From positions 6,114 through 70,113 of the forward strand of contig JBHGAY010000024.1 of assembly GCA_041946735.1 (NCBI GenBank): a DNA stretch of 64,000 nt. Reading direction: 5' to 3'. This DNA is from Candidatus Eiseniibacteriota bacterium (lineage in GTDB: Bacteria; Eisenbacteria; RBG-16-71-46; CAIMUX01; VGJL01). Below the pieces are notes generated by a model. It was not told where the DNA came from. It was given only the letters and a program-made list of their open reading frames with translations, and ran no database searches. Every line of letters begins with the position of its first letter. Position 1 is the stretch's first letter. Made by a program: the position numbers and the translations under genes. Shown in pieces: positions 1 through 10,177 of this stretch.

Positions 1-110
1 TGGAAAGCCGAAGTCGACGGGAAAGTCGACGGGAGAGCCAACGGGAGAGTCGATGGTGGAGTCGATCGGTGGAGTCGATGGTCGAGTCGATCGGTGGAGT
101 CGAACGGCTA
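1..110. repeat. imperfect tandem repeat, ~12-nt unit (approx GGAGTCGAYGGT) x ~8
   Basis: Read directly: successive units gaagtcgacgg/gaaagtcgacgg/gagagccaacgg/gagagtcgatgg/tggagtcgatcgg/tggagtcgatgg/tcgagtcgatcgg/tggagtcgaacgg. Lies 3' of the transketolase-like gene at the window edge. Confidence 0.6.
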
Positions 111-192
111 AAGCGACGACGCGGCGCCGCTGCCCGGGATCGACTCCCGGCAGTGGCGCCGCGCCGTTTTTCGAGGGCGATCCGTTCCGCGC

Positions 193-2583
193 TTACCCGC
201 GCTTCGCGAACGCCTCCGCGTAGCGCTTCACGGCCGCGTATTGCGAGGCGCCGTCCAGTCCCGCCTCCTCGAGCACCTTCGCCGCCTGCCCGCTTCCCGG
301 ATAGCGGCCCTTCCAGAAGGCATGCAGCGAGTGCGCCCGCCCGAAGTCGGATCCGACCCAGCGGTACATCGTCGGCATCGTGAAGCCGGTGATCCCCATC
401 GCCTCCGCCGCCCGCTCGGGCGGGAAGATCTTGTGCTGCTCCTCGATCGGGAGCAGATCGAACAGTTCCGCGCTGGTCACGAGGTAGACGTTCATGCGCA
501 GGCCGTCGGCGTGGAGCTTCGGCAGCACCTCGTCGACGAACGCGTACGCGACGCCGCTCTCCTGCAGGACAATGGTGCCGTGGTACGGCTTCCCCTTCGG
601 GTCGGCCGTCCGAAGCGCGTAGATCCCCTTCGCCGCCATCGTCGCGGGCGGAATCCCGAGCGCGCCGCGATCGGGGACCTTCTCGGTCGGCCGCGTCACG
701 AATGGAGCGAGCACGGCAGGCCGCGCCGCCAGTCCCGCGATCGTGAGCGGCCAGAGCTCCTGCGGCTCCCACGGCGTGAGCGTGATCGCGACGCCCTTCG
801 GGAAGTTCTCCTGCAGGAGCTGGAGCGCCTGCGGATCGGCGTGCGTCGGACCGTCCTCTCCCGTCTTCAGCCCGGCATGCGCGCACACGATCATCATCGT
901 CTTCATCGGATCGCCCGACATCTCGTGGCGCGCCTGCTGCCCGATCCCATGGAGCCGGCCGGCGACGTGCTGGAGAGCCGCGATGAACGCGGCGTACGAG
1001 GAGCCGACTCCGATGTGGGCGCCGTACGTCGATACTCCGGCGAGGAAAGCGCCCATCGTGTCTTCGCAGATCCCGCCGGTCGCGACGAGACGCGCTCCCG
1101 GATTCGTCTGCGAGTTGTAGAAGCCTTCGGCGAATCCCTTGCCTGCGTTGCTGACGCTCGTCGATCCGAGGAGATCGGCGGCGGCGGCGAGGATCGCCCC
1201 CTTCGTCGCCTTGTTCAGGTAGCTGAGCGTGTCGCCGAGCGCGCCGCGCAGGGTCGAGTCGCTTCCCGGCTTCAGAGTCAGCTCCGGCGGGATGGCGTTG
1301 GCCTGGATCGATCCGGCATAGAGCGGACCGAGATCCGGCTTCTCGGGGCGCGGGACGCGACGGGCGCGCGCCAGGGACTCCTTCCGCTCGAGGAGCGAAG
1401 CGGCGAGCGTCTTGCCCAGCCCCTTCTCGACGATCCCCCGGAACACGAGCAGCGTCTTCCAGAACGCCGCCTCCGCTTGCTCATCGTCCATCTTCCCCTC
1501 GAAGTGCGGGAAGTTGACGCCGAAGCGCTCCTCACACTCCTTGAGCGAAGCGTAGAACTCGGGCGAGCAGAACTTGTGCCCGGCGCCATGCGAAGCGCGC
1601 CCCTCGATCCCGTAGCGCCATCCCTTCGTAGTCCGGTAGACGATCGCCGTCGGCTGCCCGTTGCCGAGCGCCTTCGCCGCCTGTTGCGCGGCCAGGATCT
1701 GACGCCAGTCGCGTCCGTCGTCGACGCGGAGAGCGTTCCAGTCGTGCAGGTACGCCATCTCGAGCGGATTCCACTGCACGTAGTCGCCCGGCGCGTCTCC
1801 ATCCCGGCAGACGCGGTTGGAGTCGATGCTCGCCTGGTTCCAGTCGACGTGCAGGAACGCGTTGCCGAGGCTGGCGGACGCGGCGGTCGCGAGCGCTTCG
1901 CTCACGCGTCCCGGCGTCATGCCGCCTTCGCCTTCGAGCAGGTGCACGCGCGGCGCGGCCTGCGGGCCGTAGGCGTCCATCGCGCCCATCGCGAGGCCGA
2001 GACCGGCGGGAACGCCGACGCCCGAGGCGCCGGTCGCGATCCGGACGCCTGGCGTCGTCGGCGTCGGGTGGCCGTCGAGCGCCTTCGAGCGGAACTCGCG
2101 GAACAGAGGGGTGCGGGTGGTCGGATTGCGGCGGAAGCCGAGCAGATCCTCGAGGCGAAGCTGCAGGCGATCCTCGCGCGGCAAGAGCTGCGGAGCGCCG
2201 GCGCGCGCAACCTCGTTGCGAAGCGCCCACATGGCATAGAGACCCATCGCCTTGTGCCCGGCCGCGTAGACGAGCAGGTCGTTGGCGGGATCGTCGGGAC
2301 TTGCGAGGTCGTAGTCGAGTCCGCCGAAGAGCAGAGAGGTGACGATCCGGCCCGAAGAGATCGATCCGCCCGGATGCCCGGAGGTCGGGACGTAGTTGTA
2401 GAGCACGCCGCATAGAGCGCGGTAGAGGCAGTCGTAACGCTCGAGAGCATCGATCTGCTCGGCCGGCGGGTCGCGAAAGGCGAGCTTGCCCTCGGCGAGA
2501 GCGGCGGTCACCGGAACGTAGACGGCGCGGCGGGCGCCGAAGGAGAGCTTCTGCGCGGCGGGATGGCTGGCGCTCATCATCAT
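193..2583 (-). CDS. transketolase-family thiamine-diphosphate enzyme (796 aa, longer than the ~665 aa of classical Tkt)
   Basis: ORF translation has an SGHPGG...L TPP-binding N-terminal motif, GLGLAMGA and HLLEGEGGMTPGRVSEA...FLHVDWNQASID blocks typical of transketolase PP/Pyr domains, and a C-terminal transketolase-like domain. No competing stop-free frame shows homology. Confidence 0.6.
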   Translation of the reverse strand: MMMSASHPAAQKLSFGARRAVYVPVTAALAEGKLAFRDPPAEQIDALERYDCLYRALCGVLYNYVPTSGHPGGSISSGRIVTSLLFGGLDYDLASPDDPANDLLVYAAGHKAMGLYAMWALRNEVARAGAPQLLPREDRLQLRLEDLLGFRRNPTTRTPLFREFRSKALDGHPTPTTPGVRIATGASGVGVPAGLGLAMGAMDAYGPQAAPRVHLLEGEGGMTPGRVSEALATAASASLGNAFLHVDWNQASIDSNRVCRDGDAPGDYVQWNPLEMAYLHDWNALRVDDGRDWRQILAAQQAAKALGNGQPTAIVYRTTKGWRYGIEGRASHGAGHKFCSPEFYASLKECEERFGVNFPHFEGKMDDEQAEAAFWKTLLVFRGIVEKGLGKTLAASLLERKESLARARRVPRPEKPDLGPLYAGSIQANAIPPELTLKPGSDSTLRGALGDTLSYLNKATKGAILAAAADLLGSTSVSNAGKGFAEGFYNSQTNPGARLVATGGICEDTMGAFLAGVSTYGAHIGVGSSYAAFIAALQHVAGRLHGIGQQARHEMSGDPMKTMMIVCAHAGLKTGEDGPTHADPQALQLLQENFPKGVAITLTPWEPQELWPLTIAGLAARPAVLAPFVTRPTEKVPDRGALGIPPATMAAKGIYALRTADPKGKPYHGTIVLQESGVAYAFVDEVLPKLHADGLRMNVYLVTSAELFDLLPIEEQHKIFPPERAAEAMGITGFTMPTMYRWVGSDFGRAHSLHAFWKGRYPGSGQAAKVLEEAGLDGASQYAAVKRYAEAFAKRG

Positions 2584-2686
2584 CCTCCCTTCCCCATGCC
2601 AGGCGGCTGTTGAAGAATCCCTTATGCAGCGTAGCCGAGCTTCGCTTCCGGGACAAGCGGGAAGCGACCGCGCGGAGGTTGTCGGC

Positions 2687-4252
2687 TCAGCCGTTCGGGT
2701 CGTGGGGCGCGGAAGCCGGCCGCTCCCCCGCGATCGGCTCGCGGCGCCACGCGCCGTCGCCGGAGATCCAGTTCGCGGCCAGATCCGTAGCGTCCTTCAC
2801 GCACTGGTTCACGGCGACCCCGCGATACGCGTTCCCGAGGAGGCCGAGGCGGCGTCCACCGCCCGGATCGAGGCGCGCGAGCCTGCCCGCGATCCTCTCC
2901 AGCCGGGCGCCATGTCCGATCTCGTACTGCGGAATCCCGAGCGGATGGCGGAAGAGATGCACCCGCCGCGGGGGCGCCTCGATCCCCATGCTCTTGCGCA
3001 ACTCGTCGCGGACGATCGCGACGATCTCTTCGTCGGGCAGCGAAGCCGCCTGCGGATCGTGCGCGCCGCCGAGCATCGCGCGGACGAGCACCCATCCCTC
3101 CGGCGCGCGGTGCGAGAAGACGGAGGAATCCCAGAGGCAGCCCAGGATACGCAGTCCCTGCCCGCGCGGAACGAGGAAGCCGAATCCGTCGGGAACGGAC
3201 GCGAGATCGGACACCGGCCAGGCGAAGGCGGCGACGGCGAGCGGCGCCGAAGCGATCCCCGCGAGATCGGTGGCCATCGGCTCGTCGAGCGGGCGCAGGA
3301 TCCGCGCGGCCGCGCCGGCGGGGACGGCGATCACGACCCGCTCTGCCTCGAACGATTCCCCGTCCTGGGTGGCGAGGACGAATGCGCCCGAGCCTTCGAC
3401 GCGTGAGATCGACGCCACCGGGCGGCCGAGGCGGACCCGGTCGGCGCCGAGACGCTCGCCGAGGCGCTCGATCAGGGTTTCCATGCCGTCTCGAAACGAG
3501 GTGAGGACTCCCGAGGGACCCGATGGGCCGCCGCGCCCGTTCTTCTTCCGTCCCCCGCCCTCGCGCTCCCGTCCTTCGCGCGCCCGTCCGTCGCGCGCCC
3601 GTCCGTCGCTGGCCCGTCCGTCGCGGGCCCGTTCGTCCCGCGCCCGCCGCGCCTCGCTCCGCCTGGCGAGCATCGCTCGCACGAGACTGCCGTGGTCGCG
3701 CTCCATCGCCGCCATCTTCGGGAAGGTGCTGGCGAGCGAGAGCTTCCTCGCATTGCCGGCGTAGACGCCCGACACCATCGGATCGACGAGGAACTCCGCC
3801 GCTTCCCGCCCGATGCGCCGCGCCGCGAAGTCGAAGACCGTTTCGTCTCCTTCGGGACGGCGAGGCGCAAACGGCTCCCACAGCACCCGGAGCCGCCCGC
3901 GCACCGAGAGGATGTCGGAACGAAGGAAGCGGGGTGGCGCAAGAGGGATCTCGCGAAGCCGTCCCTCTCGCCAGAGAAAGCGCCGGCCGGCTGCGTCGCG
4001 CGCCCGCTCGAGCTCCGCGTCGAGGCCGAGATGCGAAACGAGCGCGAGCGTCTCCGGGACGGAGTCGAGAAAGCCGTTCACGCCCCACTCCACGACGAAG
4101 CCGTCCTCGCGCAGGGAGCGGATGTTGCCGCCGAGCCGCGACGCGCCCTCCAGGACGAGGAGGTCCGTGCTCGGCCTCCGCCGGAGGATCTCGAAGGCGC
4201 TCGCGAGCCCGGCGATGCCTCCGCCCGCCACGACAACCTCGAGCTTCCTCAC
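2687..4252 (-). CDS. hemY: protoporphyrinogen oxidase (FAD, HemY/PgoX class)
   Basis: The LEVVVAGGGIAGLASAF dinucleotide-binding fold follows a GTG at codon 49 of the track ORF (GAGGAAG Shine-Dalgarno just upstream). PPOX-like body with FGFLVP and GNAYRGVAVNQCV C-terminal motifs. The track N-terminal 48 aa are Arg-rich filler. Last gene of the hem operon. Confidence 0.75.
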   Translation of the reverse strand: MRKLEVVVAGGGIAGLASAFEILRRRPSTDLLVLEGASRLGGNIRSLREDGFVVEWGVNGFLDSVPETLALVSHLGLDAELERARDAAGRRFLWREGRLREIPLAPPRFLRSDILSVRGRLRVLWEPFAPRRPEGDETVFDFAARRIGREAAEFLVDPMVSGVYAGNARKLSLASTFPKMAAMERDHGSLVRAMLARRSEARRARDERARDGRASDGRARDGRAREGREREGGGRKKNGRGGPSGPSGVLTSFRDGMETLIERLGERLGADRVRLGRPVASISRVEGSGAFVLATQDGESFEAERVVIAVPAGAAARILRPLDEPMATDLAGIASAPLAVAAFAWPVSDLASVPDGFGFLVPRGQGLRILGCLWDSSVFSHRAPEGWVLVRAMLGGAHDPQAASLPDEEIVAIVRDELRKSMGIEAPPRRVHLFRHPLGIPQYEIGHGARLERIAGRLARLDPGGGRRLGLLGNAYRGVAVNQCVKDATDLAANWISGDGAWRREPIAGERPASAPHDPNG

Positions 4253-4262
4253 CGGAGCTTCC

Positions 4263-5333
4263 TCACCGGCGGCGCTCTCCTTCCCGCGCTTCCGTTCCTC
4301 CCCGTCCCGCCCGCGCGCCTGCTCCCCCTTCCGCTCGCGCCCCGGCTCTCTCCTCCGCCGCCTCGAACGCTCCGATTGCGATCGCGGCGAGCGCATCCAG
4401 GAAGGCCGGGTCGCTGTTGAGCGACGGCACGCGCGCGAAGCGCGCGATCCCGGCGCGCCGCGCCTCCTCTCCGAAGAGCATGTCGATCTCGTAGAGCGTC
4501 TCGATGTGGTCGGAGACGAATGCGACGGGGATCGCGAGGACGCAGCGCCGCCCGGCGAGCGAGCGAATCACCTCGTCGGTCCCCGGGCCGACCCACCGTA
4601 CCGGTCCGACGCGGCTCTGGAATCCGAGCCGGTGCTCCGGGCGCCGCCCCAGCGTTCCCTCGAGCGAATGCATCACGGCGTCGACCGTCTCGCGGATCTG
4701 CCGCACGTACGGATCGCCGCGCCGCGCGAGCCGCTCCGGCACCCCATGGGCGCTGAACAGCAGCACCGCCTCCGCGCGGTCCTCCTCGTCGAGTCGGTCG
4801 AGCGCCTCCACGATCCGTCCGACGAGCGCCGCGACGTAGCCCGGATGCTCGTGATAGCTATGGACGATGTCGATCGTCATCGCCGGCGCCACCCGGTCCC
4901 GGGCGGCGCCGAGATCGGCGAGGCTCGAGCCGGTCGTGGCGCGGCACTCGTGCGGATAGAGAGGCAGAGCGAGCGCCCGCTTCTCGCCCGCTTCGACGAG
5001 CCGCGCGAGCGCCTCCTCGGCGAACGGCGGCGCGTAGCGCATCGCCACCTCGACCCGTACGCCGGGCTTCCCGCGTCGGGCGAGCGCGCGCTCGAGGCCG
5101 CGCGCCTGCTCGCGCGTGAGACGCAGCAGCGGCGATCCCCCGCCGATCCGCGCGTAGAGCTTCCGCACCCGAGGCGCCCGCGCCGCCGTGATCGCCCGCG
5201 CGAATGCCGGCTGCACCCACCGCCCGCCCGGCAGCGCGATCAGCATCGGATCGGAGAAGAGCCGGAGCAGGAACGGCCGCACGTCGTCGAGCGTCTCCGG
5301 CCCCCCCATGTTCAAGAGGACGATCGAAGCCAC
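4263..5333 (-). CDS. hemH: ferrochelatase
   Basis: MASIVLLNMGGPETLDDVRPFL start, HSYHEHPGYV, LLFSAHGVP and SDHIETLYEID motifs typical of HemH. The stop lies 10 nt before the hemY start. Confidence 0.85.
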   Translation of the reverse strand: MASIVLLNMGGPETLDDVRPFLLRLFSDPMLIALPGGRWVQPAFARAITAARAPRVRKLYARIGGGSPLLRLTREQARGLERALARRGKPGVRVEVAMRYAPPFAEEALARLVEAGEKRALALPLYPHECRATTGSSLADLGAARDRVAPAMTIDIVHSYHEHPGYVAALVGRIVEALDRLDEEDRAEAVLLFSAHGVPERLARRGDPYVRQIRETVDAVMHSLEGTLGRRPEHRLGFQSRVGPVRWVGPGTDEVIRSLAGRRCVLAIPVAFVSDHIETLYEIDMLFGEEARRAGIARFARVPSLNSDPAFLDALAAIAIGAFEAAEERAGARAEGGAGARAGRGGTEAREGERRR

Positions 5334-5336
5334 GCC

Positions 5337-6734
5337 CTAGACCGTCCTCGAGAAGACCGGCTGCCCCGACGCCTGCTTCGCCGCGAGGTAGGCGTCGAAG
5401 AGCATGCAGACGTTCCGGACGAAGAGGCGCCCGGTCTGCGTCACCCGCACCCGGTCCGCCTCGACCTCGACGAAGCCGTGCTCCTCGGGGACCTTCAGCT
5501 CCTCCAACTCGCGCGCGAAGTAGGCGCGGAAGTCGATGCCGAAGCGCTCCTCGATCCCCGCGAGGCGGACCTCGAAGTTGCACATCAAGCTCGCGATCAC
5601 GACCTGCCGGATGCGGTCGTCCACCGACAGCTCGTATCCCTTCTCGATCGGCAGCCGCCCTTCGTCGAGCGCCGGGTAGTAGGTGGAGAGCTTCTTCACG
5701 TTCTGCGCGAACGCGTGCCGGACGTTGCCGATCGAGCTGATCCCGATCCCGACCTGGTCGGCCGCCGGCATGACGGTGTACCCCATGAAGTTCCTGTAGA
5801 GGCGCCCCTCCGCCTGCGCGATCGACAGCTCGTCCTCCGGCAGAGCGAAGTGGTCCATCCCGATCTGCCGGTACCCCGCCGCCGTGAACGCCTCGAGCGC
5901 CTGCAGGAACAGCTCGAACTTCACCTCCGGCGGCGGCAGCGTCGCCGGGTCGGTCTTCTTCTGGTTGCCCCGGATCCAGGGAACGAACGCGAAGCTGTAG
6001 ACGGCGACCCGGTCGGGACGCATCGCCACCACCTGCTCCAGATTCTTGCGGAAGGTCGCGACCGTCTGCATCGGGAGCCCGTAGATCAGATCCACGTTGA
6101 TCGACGAGAAGCCGATCCCGCGGCAGTATTCGTACAGCTCGACCGTCTGCTCGAGCGACTGGTTGCGGGCGATCGCGGCCTGCACCTCCGGCGTGAAGTC
6201 CTGCACCCCCATCGAAAGCCGCCCGAAGCCGATGTCGCGCAGCGTGTCGATCTGCTCGCGCGATGTGACGCGCGGGTCGACCTCGATCGCGATCTCCGCC
6301 TCCGGCGCGATCGTGAAGTGGCGCCGGATCTCGGACATCAGGTCCCGCATCTCCTCGGACGTCTGATAGGTCGGCGTCCCGCCCCCCCAGTGCACCTGAT
6401 TGACGAGCCGGCGGTGGGGCAGGCGGGAGGCGACGAGAGCCGTCTCCTTCTTCAGGTACTCCAGATAGCGGCGCGTGATCTCGTGCTTGTGCGTAATGAT
6501 CACGTTGCATCCGCAGAACGTGCAGCGCTCGTGACAGAACGGCAGATGGAAGTAGAGCGAGAGCGGCTCGCCCGAGCGCGCATCCGCCTCCGCCAGCTTG
6601 CGCTCGTAGGCGGCGGAGTCGAACCGTTCGTGGAACTCGACGGCCGTCGGATAGGACGTGTAGCGCGGGCCCGGCCTGTCGTAGCGCCGCAGCAGCTCGG
6701 CGGTCACGCGCCTCGGGGTCGTCTCTTCGATCAT
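5337..6734 (-). CDS. hemN: oxygen-independent coproporphyrinogen III oxidase (radical SAM HemN)
   Basis: Starts MIEETTPRR. Has the RYDRPGPRYTSYPTA HemN signature, the CHERCTFCGC 4Fe-4S motif and GGGTPT. 465 aa. GGAAGGAAG Shine-Dalgarno upstream. ATGA overlap with the hemE stop. The 327-aa N-terminal extension in the track ORF is spurious. Confidence 0.9.
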   Translation of the reverse strand: MIEETTPRRVTAELLRRYDRPGPRYTSYPTAVEFHERFDSAAYERKLAEADARSGEPLSLYFHLPFCHERCTFCGCNVIITHKHEITRRYLEYLKKETALVASRLPHRRLVNQVHWGGGTPTYQTSEEMRDLMSEIRRHFTIAPEAEIAIEVDPRVTSREQIDTLRDIGFGRLSMGVQDFTPEVQAAIARNQSLEQTVELYEYCRGIGFSSINVDLIYGLPMQTVATFRKNLEQVVAMRPDRVAVYSFAFVPWIRGNQKKTDPATLPPPEVKFELFLQALEAFTAAGYRQIGMDHFALPEDELSIAQAEGRLYRNFMGYTVMPAADQVGIGISSIGNVRHAFAQNVKKLSTYYPALDEGRLPIEKGYELSVDDRIRQVVIASLMCNFEVRLAGIEERFGIDFRAYFARELEELKVPEEHGFVEVEADRVRVTQTGRLFVRNVCMLFDAYLAAKQASGQPVFSRTV

Positions 6735-7906
6735 CGGCTTCTTCCTTCCGGCCGGCCTGCTTCCTTCTCGCCGCGCCCCGCGGGCGGGCCCGCCGCGGCG
6801 CCGCCGGGGTTCCGTGCGGCACCGCCCGCGCTCGACGCGGCATGCGCCGCCTCGACGAATGCCTGCGCGTTCTCGACCGGGGTCTCCGGCAGGATGCCGT
6901 GCCCCAGATTCAGAACGTGCCCCTTCAGCCCGCGCGCCTGCTCGAGGATCTCGCGCGTCCGCGCGACGATCGTCTCCGGCCGCCCCAGCAGGATGCCGGG
7001 GTCGAGATTCCCCTGCAGCGCGAAGCGATCCTGCAGGACTTTCCGCGCCTCGGCGAGCGAGATCCTCCAGTCGATTCCGATCACGTCCGCCCCGACCGTC
7101 GCGATCCGCTCGAGCGCCCCCATCGCGCCCGGCGCGAAATAGATCCTCGGAACGCCGTCGCGCCGCACCCGCTCCAGCACCTCGCGCGCATACGGCAGCG
7201 CGAACGCCTCGTAGTCCTCCGGAGAGAGGATCCCCGCCCAGGAATCGAAGAGCTGGACGGCCTGCGCGCCCGCCGCGATCTGCCGCTCGAGCGAGACGAC
7301 GGCGGCGTCGGTGATACGCCGCAGCAGGCGGTGGGCCGCCTCCGGATCGCCGAAGAGCAGCGAGCGCATCTCGACGTGGTTGCGCGAGCCTCCTCCGCCG
7401 GTCGCGTAGGCGGCGACCGTGAACGGGGCGCCGGCGAATCCGATCAGCGGCACGGCCCCGTCGAGCGCGCGCCGGATCGATCGGACCGCGTCGTCCACGC
7501 GATCGAGGATCGGGCTGCCGGACGGATCGCGGAGACGATCGACGTCGGCGGCGACGCGGATCGGGTCGCGAATCTCGGGCGCCGGATGGAACTCGATCGA
7601 CAGCCCCATCGCGGCGAGCGGCACCAGGATGTCGGAGAACAGGATCGCCGCGTCGACTCCGAGCCGCCGCACCGGCTGCAAGGTCACCTCGGTCGTCAAC
7701 TCGGGAATCGTGCACATCTCCCAGAACGTGTGCTTCTCCCGAAGCGCCCGATACTCAGGCAGGAAGCGCCCGGCCTGCCGCATGATCCACACGGGGGCCG
7801 CGTCGACCGGCAGGCCCCGGCAAGCGCGCAGGAATCGCTCGTTCTTCGTGGGGCTCGGAATGCCTGGCGTGCCTGCCGCACCGACCCCCGCGCCGGTCCC
7901 GCTCAT
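6731..7906 (-). CDS. hemE: uroporphyrinogen decarboxylase
   Basis: From Met89 of the track ORF: FLRACRGLPVDAAPVWIMRQAGRFLPEYR is the canonical HemE N-terminus, and the fold matches to the end. The low-complexity C-terminal tail overlaps the hemN start. Confidence 0.85.
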   Translation of the reverse strand: MSGTGAGVGAAGTPGIPSPTKNERFLRACRGLPVDAAPVWIMRQAGRFLPEYRALREKHTFWEMCTIPELTTEVTLQPVRRLGVDAAILFSDILVPLAAMGLSIEFHPAPEIRDPIRVAADVDRLRDPSGSPILDRVDDAVRSIRRALDGAVPLIGFAGAPFTVAAYATGGGGSRNHVEMRSLLFGDPEAAHRLLRRITDAAVVSLERQIAAGAQAVQLFDSWAGILSPEDYEAFALPYAREVLERVRRDGVPRIYFAPGAMGALERIATVGADVIGIDWRISLAEARKVLQDRFALQGNLDPGILLGRPETIVARTREILEQARGLKGHVLNLGHGILPETPVENAQAFVEAAHAASSAGGAARNPGGAAAGPPAGRGEKEAGRPEGRSR

Positions 7907-7919
7907 GCTCTCGTCCCGC

Positions 7920-9218
7920 TCATGCTCTCTCCCCCTGCGCGACCGCCAGCGACTCGCGGGCCGCCGCGACGACGCGATCGATCTCCTCTTCCGTGTGCGC
8001 GGCCGACAGGAACCATGCCTCGAACTGCGATGGCGCGATGTAAATCGACCGCCGCAGCATCTCGCGGAAGAAGATGGCGAAGCGCCCGGTGTCCGCCTCG
8101 CGCGCCTCGTCGGCGTTCTGCGGGAGGAACGGACGGAACCACAGCGTCCCGAGCGAGGCGATCCCGACATAGGAGGACTCGCCGCCGAGATCGGCGACGG
8201 CGCGGTTCAGTCCTGCCGCCAGGCGCGCGCCCAGCGCCTCGAGACGCCGGTAGACCGCGCCGTCGCGCAGCATCTCGAGCGTAGCGCGTCCGGCCGCGAC
8301 GGCGAGCGGATTGCCGGACAACGTCCCGGCCTGGTAGATCGGTCCCTCGGGGGCCAGGTAGCGCATCCAGTCCCTCCGTCCCCCGTACGCGCCGACCGGA
8401 AGGCCGCCGCCGATCACCTTCCCGAGCGTCGTCAAATCGGGCAGGACGGAGAAGCGCTCCTGCGCGCCGCCCCATCCGAGCCGGAACCCGGTGATCACCT
8501 CGTCGAAGATCAGCGCCGCCTTCTCGCGATCGCAGATGTTCCGCAGTCCCTGCAGGAACCCGTGCGCGGGGAGCAGGCAGCCGATGTTCGCCGCGACCGG
8601 TTCGACGATGATCGCCGCCAGCCGCCCCGGATTGTCGGCGACGATCCGCTCGACCGAGGCGAGGTCGTTGTAGCGGGCGACCGCCGTATCCCGCGCCATG
8701 CCCGCCGTCACACCGGGACTGCTCGGATAGCCGAGCGTCGCTGCGCCCGAGCCGGCCTGGATCAGGAAGGAATCGGCGTGGCCGTGATACCCGCCGTCGA
8801 ACTTGATCAGGAGATCCTTGCCGGTCACGCCGCGCGCCAGGCGCAGCGCGCTCATCGTCGCCTCGGTGCCGGAACTGACCAGCCGCACGCTCTCGATCGA
8901 GGGCACCGCCTCGACGATCGTCTCGGCCATCTCGATCTCCGTGACGGTCGACGCTCCGAAGCTCGTGCCGTCGCGGGCCGCCCGCGTGATCGCCTCCACG
9001 ACCGGCTCGGGCGCGTGGCCGAGGATCAACGGCCCCCACGATCCCACGAGGTCCAAGTACTCCCGCCCCTCCTCGTCCCAGACATGCGATCCGGCGCCGC
9101 GCCGCAGGAACGGCGGCCCGCCACCGACCGCGCGGAACGCTCGTACCGGCGAGTTGACCCCTCCCGGGATCACCCGCAAGGCGCGCTCGAAGAGCGACGC
9201 GTTGCTCACCGCAGCCAT
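7920..9218 (-). CDS. hemL: glutamate-1-semialdehyde 2,1-aminomutase
   Basis: C-terminal 432 aa of the 799-aa track ORF: [28 protein letters not shown] plus a class-III aminotransferase body. The upstream 367 aa are spurious and overlap hemB in another frame. Confidence 0.9.
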   Translation of the reverse strand: MAAVSNASLFERALRVIPGGVNSPVRAFRAVGGGPPFLRRGAGSHVWDEEGREYLDLVGSWGPLILGHAPEPVVEAITRAARDGTSFGASTVTEIEMAETIVEAVPSIESVRLVSSGTEATMSALRLARGVTGKDLLIKFDGGYHGHADSFLIQAGSGAATLGYPSSPGVTAGMARDTAVARYNDLASVERIVADNPGRLAAIIVEPVAANIGCLLPAHGFLQGLRNICDREKAALIFDEVITGFRLGWGGAQERFSVLPDLTTLGKVIGGGLPVGAYGGRRDWMRYLAPEGPIYQAGTLSGNPLAVAAGRATLEMLRDGAVYRRLEALGARLAAGLNRAVADLGGESSYVGIASLGTLWFRPFLPQNADEAREADTGRFAIFFREMLRRSIYIAPSQFEAWFLSAAHTEEEIDRVVAAARESLAVAQGERA

Positions 9219-10177
9219 CGGGCCGCCTCCTTCGCGAAGTAGGTGAGGATCAGATCCGCTCCGGCGCGGCGGATCGCGGTCAGCGTCTCGAGCGCCGCCG
9301 CGCGCCGGTCGATCCAGCCCCGCTCGGCGGCCGCGCACAGCATCGCGTACTCGCCCGATACGTTGTAGGCGGCCACCGGCAGGTCGAACTCGCTGCGCAC
9401 GCGCAGGATCACGTCGAGATAGGCAAGCGCCGGCTTCACCATCACGATGTCGGCCCCTTCCTCGACGTCGAGCGCGACCTCGCGCAGCGCCTCGCGCGCG
9501 TTCGCCGGATCCATCTGGTATCCCTTCCGGTCGCCCGAACGCGGCGTCGATTCGGCCGCTTCCCGAAACGGACCGTAATAGGCGCTCGCATACTTGGCGG
9601 CGTAGGAGCAGATCGCCGTCTGCTCGAAACCCGCCTCGTCGAGCGCGGAGCGGATCGCGCCGACCCGTCCGTCCATCATGTCGGACGGAGCGACCACGTC
9701 GGCGCCGGCGCGCGCATACGCGAGGGCCGCGCGCGCGAGCAGGTCGAGCGTCGCGTCGTTGTCGACCGTCCCGTCGCGCAAGACGCCGCAATGTCCGTGG
9801 TCGGTGTACTCGCAGAGGCAGACGTCCGCCCAGATCGAAAGCCCCGGCAGCGACTCGCGCAGCGCGCGGATCGCCCGCGGCACGATCCCCTCGTCGTCGT
9901 AGCCCTCCGTGCCGGTGGCATCCTTGCGCTCCGGAATCCCGAAGAGGATGACCGCCGGGACGCCGGCGGCCTGCGCCTCGCTGCACTCCTCGACGAGACG
10001 GTCGATCGAGAGCCGCTCGACCCCCGGCATCGAGGAGACCGGCTCGCGGAGCCCGCTCCCATGCCTCACGAACAACGGCAGGATCAGATCGTCGACCGAG
10101 AGACGCGTCTCGCGGACCATTCGCCGTATCGTCTCGTTGCGCCGCAAGCGCCGGGGGCGCTCGGCCGGAAAGCTCAT
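9206..10177 (-). CDS. hemB: porphobilinogen synthase (ALA dehydratase)
   Basis: [18 protein letters not shown] start, Cys-rich Zn site [15 protein letters not shown], and active-site Lys region [16 protein letters not shown] overlap with the upstream gene's stop. Confidence 0.9.
   Translation of the reverse strand: MSFPAERPRRLRRNETIRRMVRETRLSVDDLILPLFVRHGSGLREPVSSMPGVERLSIDRLVEECSEAQAAGVPAVILFGIPERKDATGTEGYDDEGIVPRAIRALRESLPGLSIWADVCLCEYTDHGHCGVLRDGTVDNDATLDLLARAALAYARAGADVVAPSDMMDGRVGAIRSALDEAGFEQTAICSYAAKYASAYYGPFREAAESTPRSGDRKGYQMDPANAREALREVALDVEEGADIVMVKPALAYLDVILRVRSEFDLPVAAYNVSGEYAMLCAAAERGWIDRRAAALETLTAIRRAGADLILTYFAKEAARWLR

Noticed and set aside
241-2415. 724-aa plus-strand ORF antisense to the transketolase-like gene, and many similar long ORFs (e.g. 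3813..7142 +, 21792..24467 -, 28801..31734 -, 10303..12219 +)
   Set aside because: Arg/Ala/Pro/Gly-dominated low-complexity translations with no recognisable motifs. They are the expected stop-codon-poor antisense or off-frame ORFs of a 70% GC genome, and they overlap genes with clear homology.
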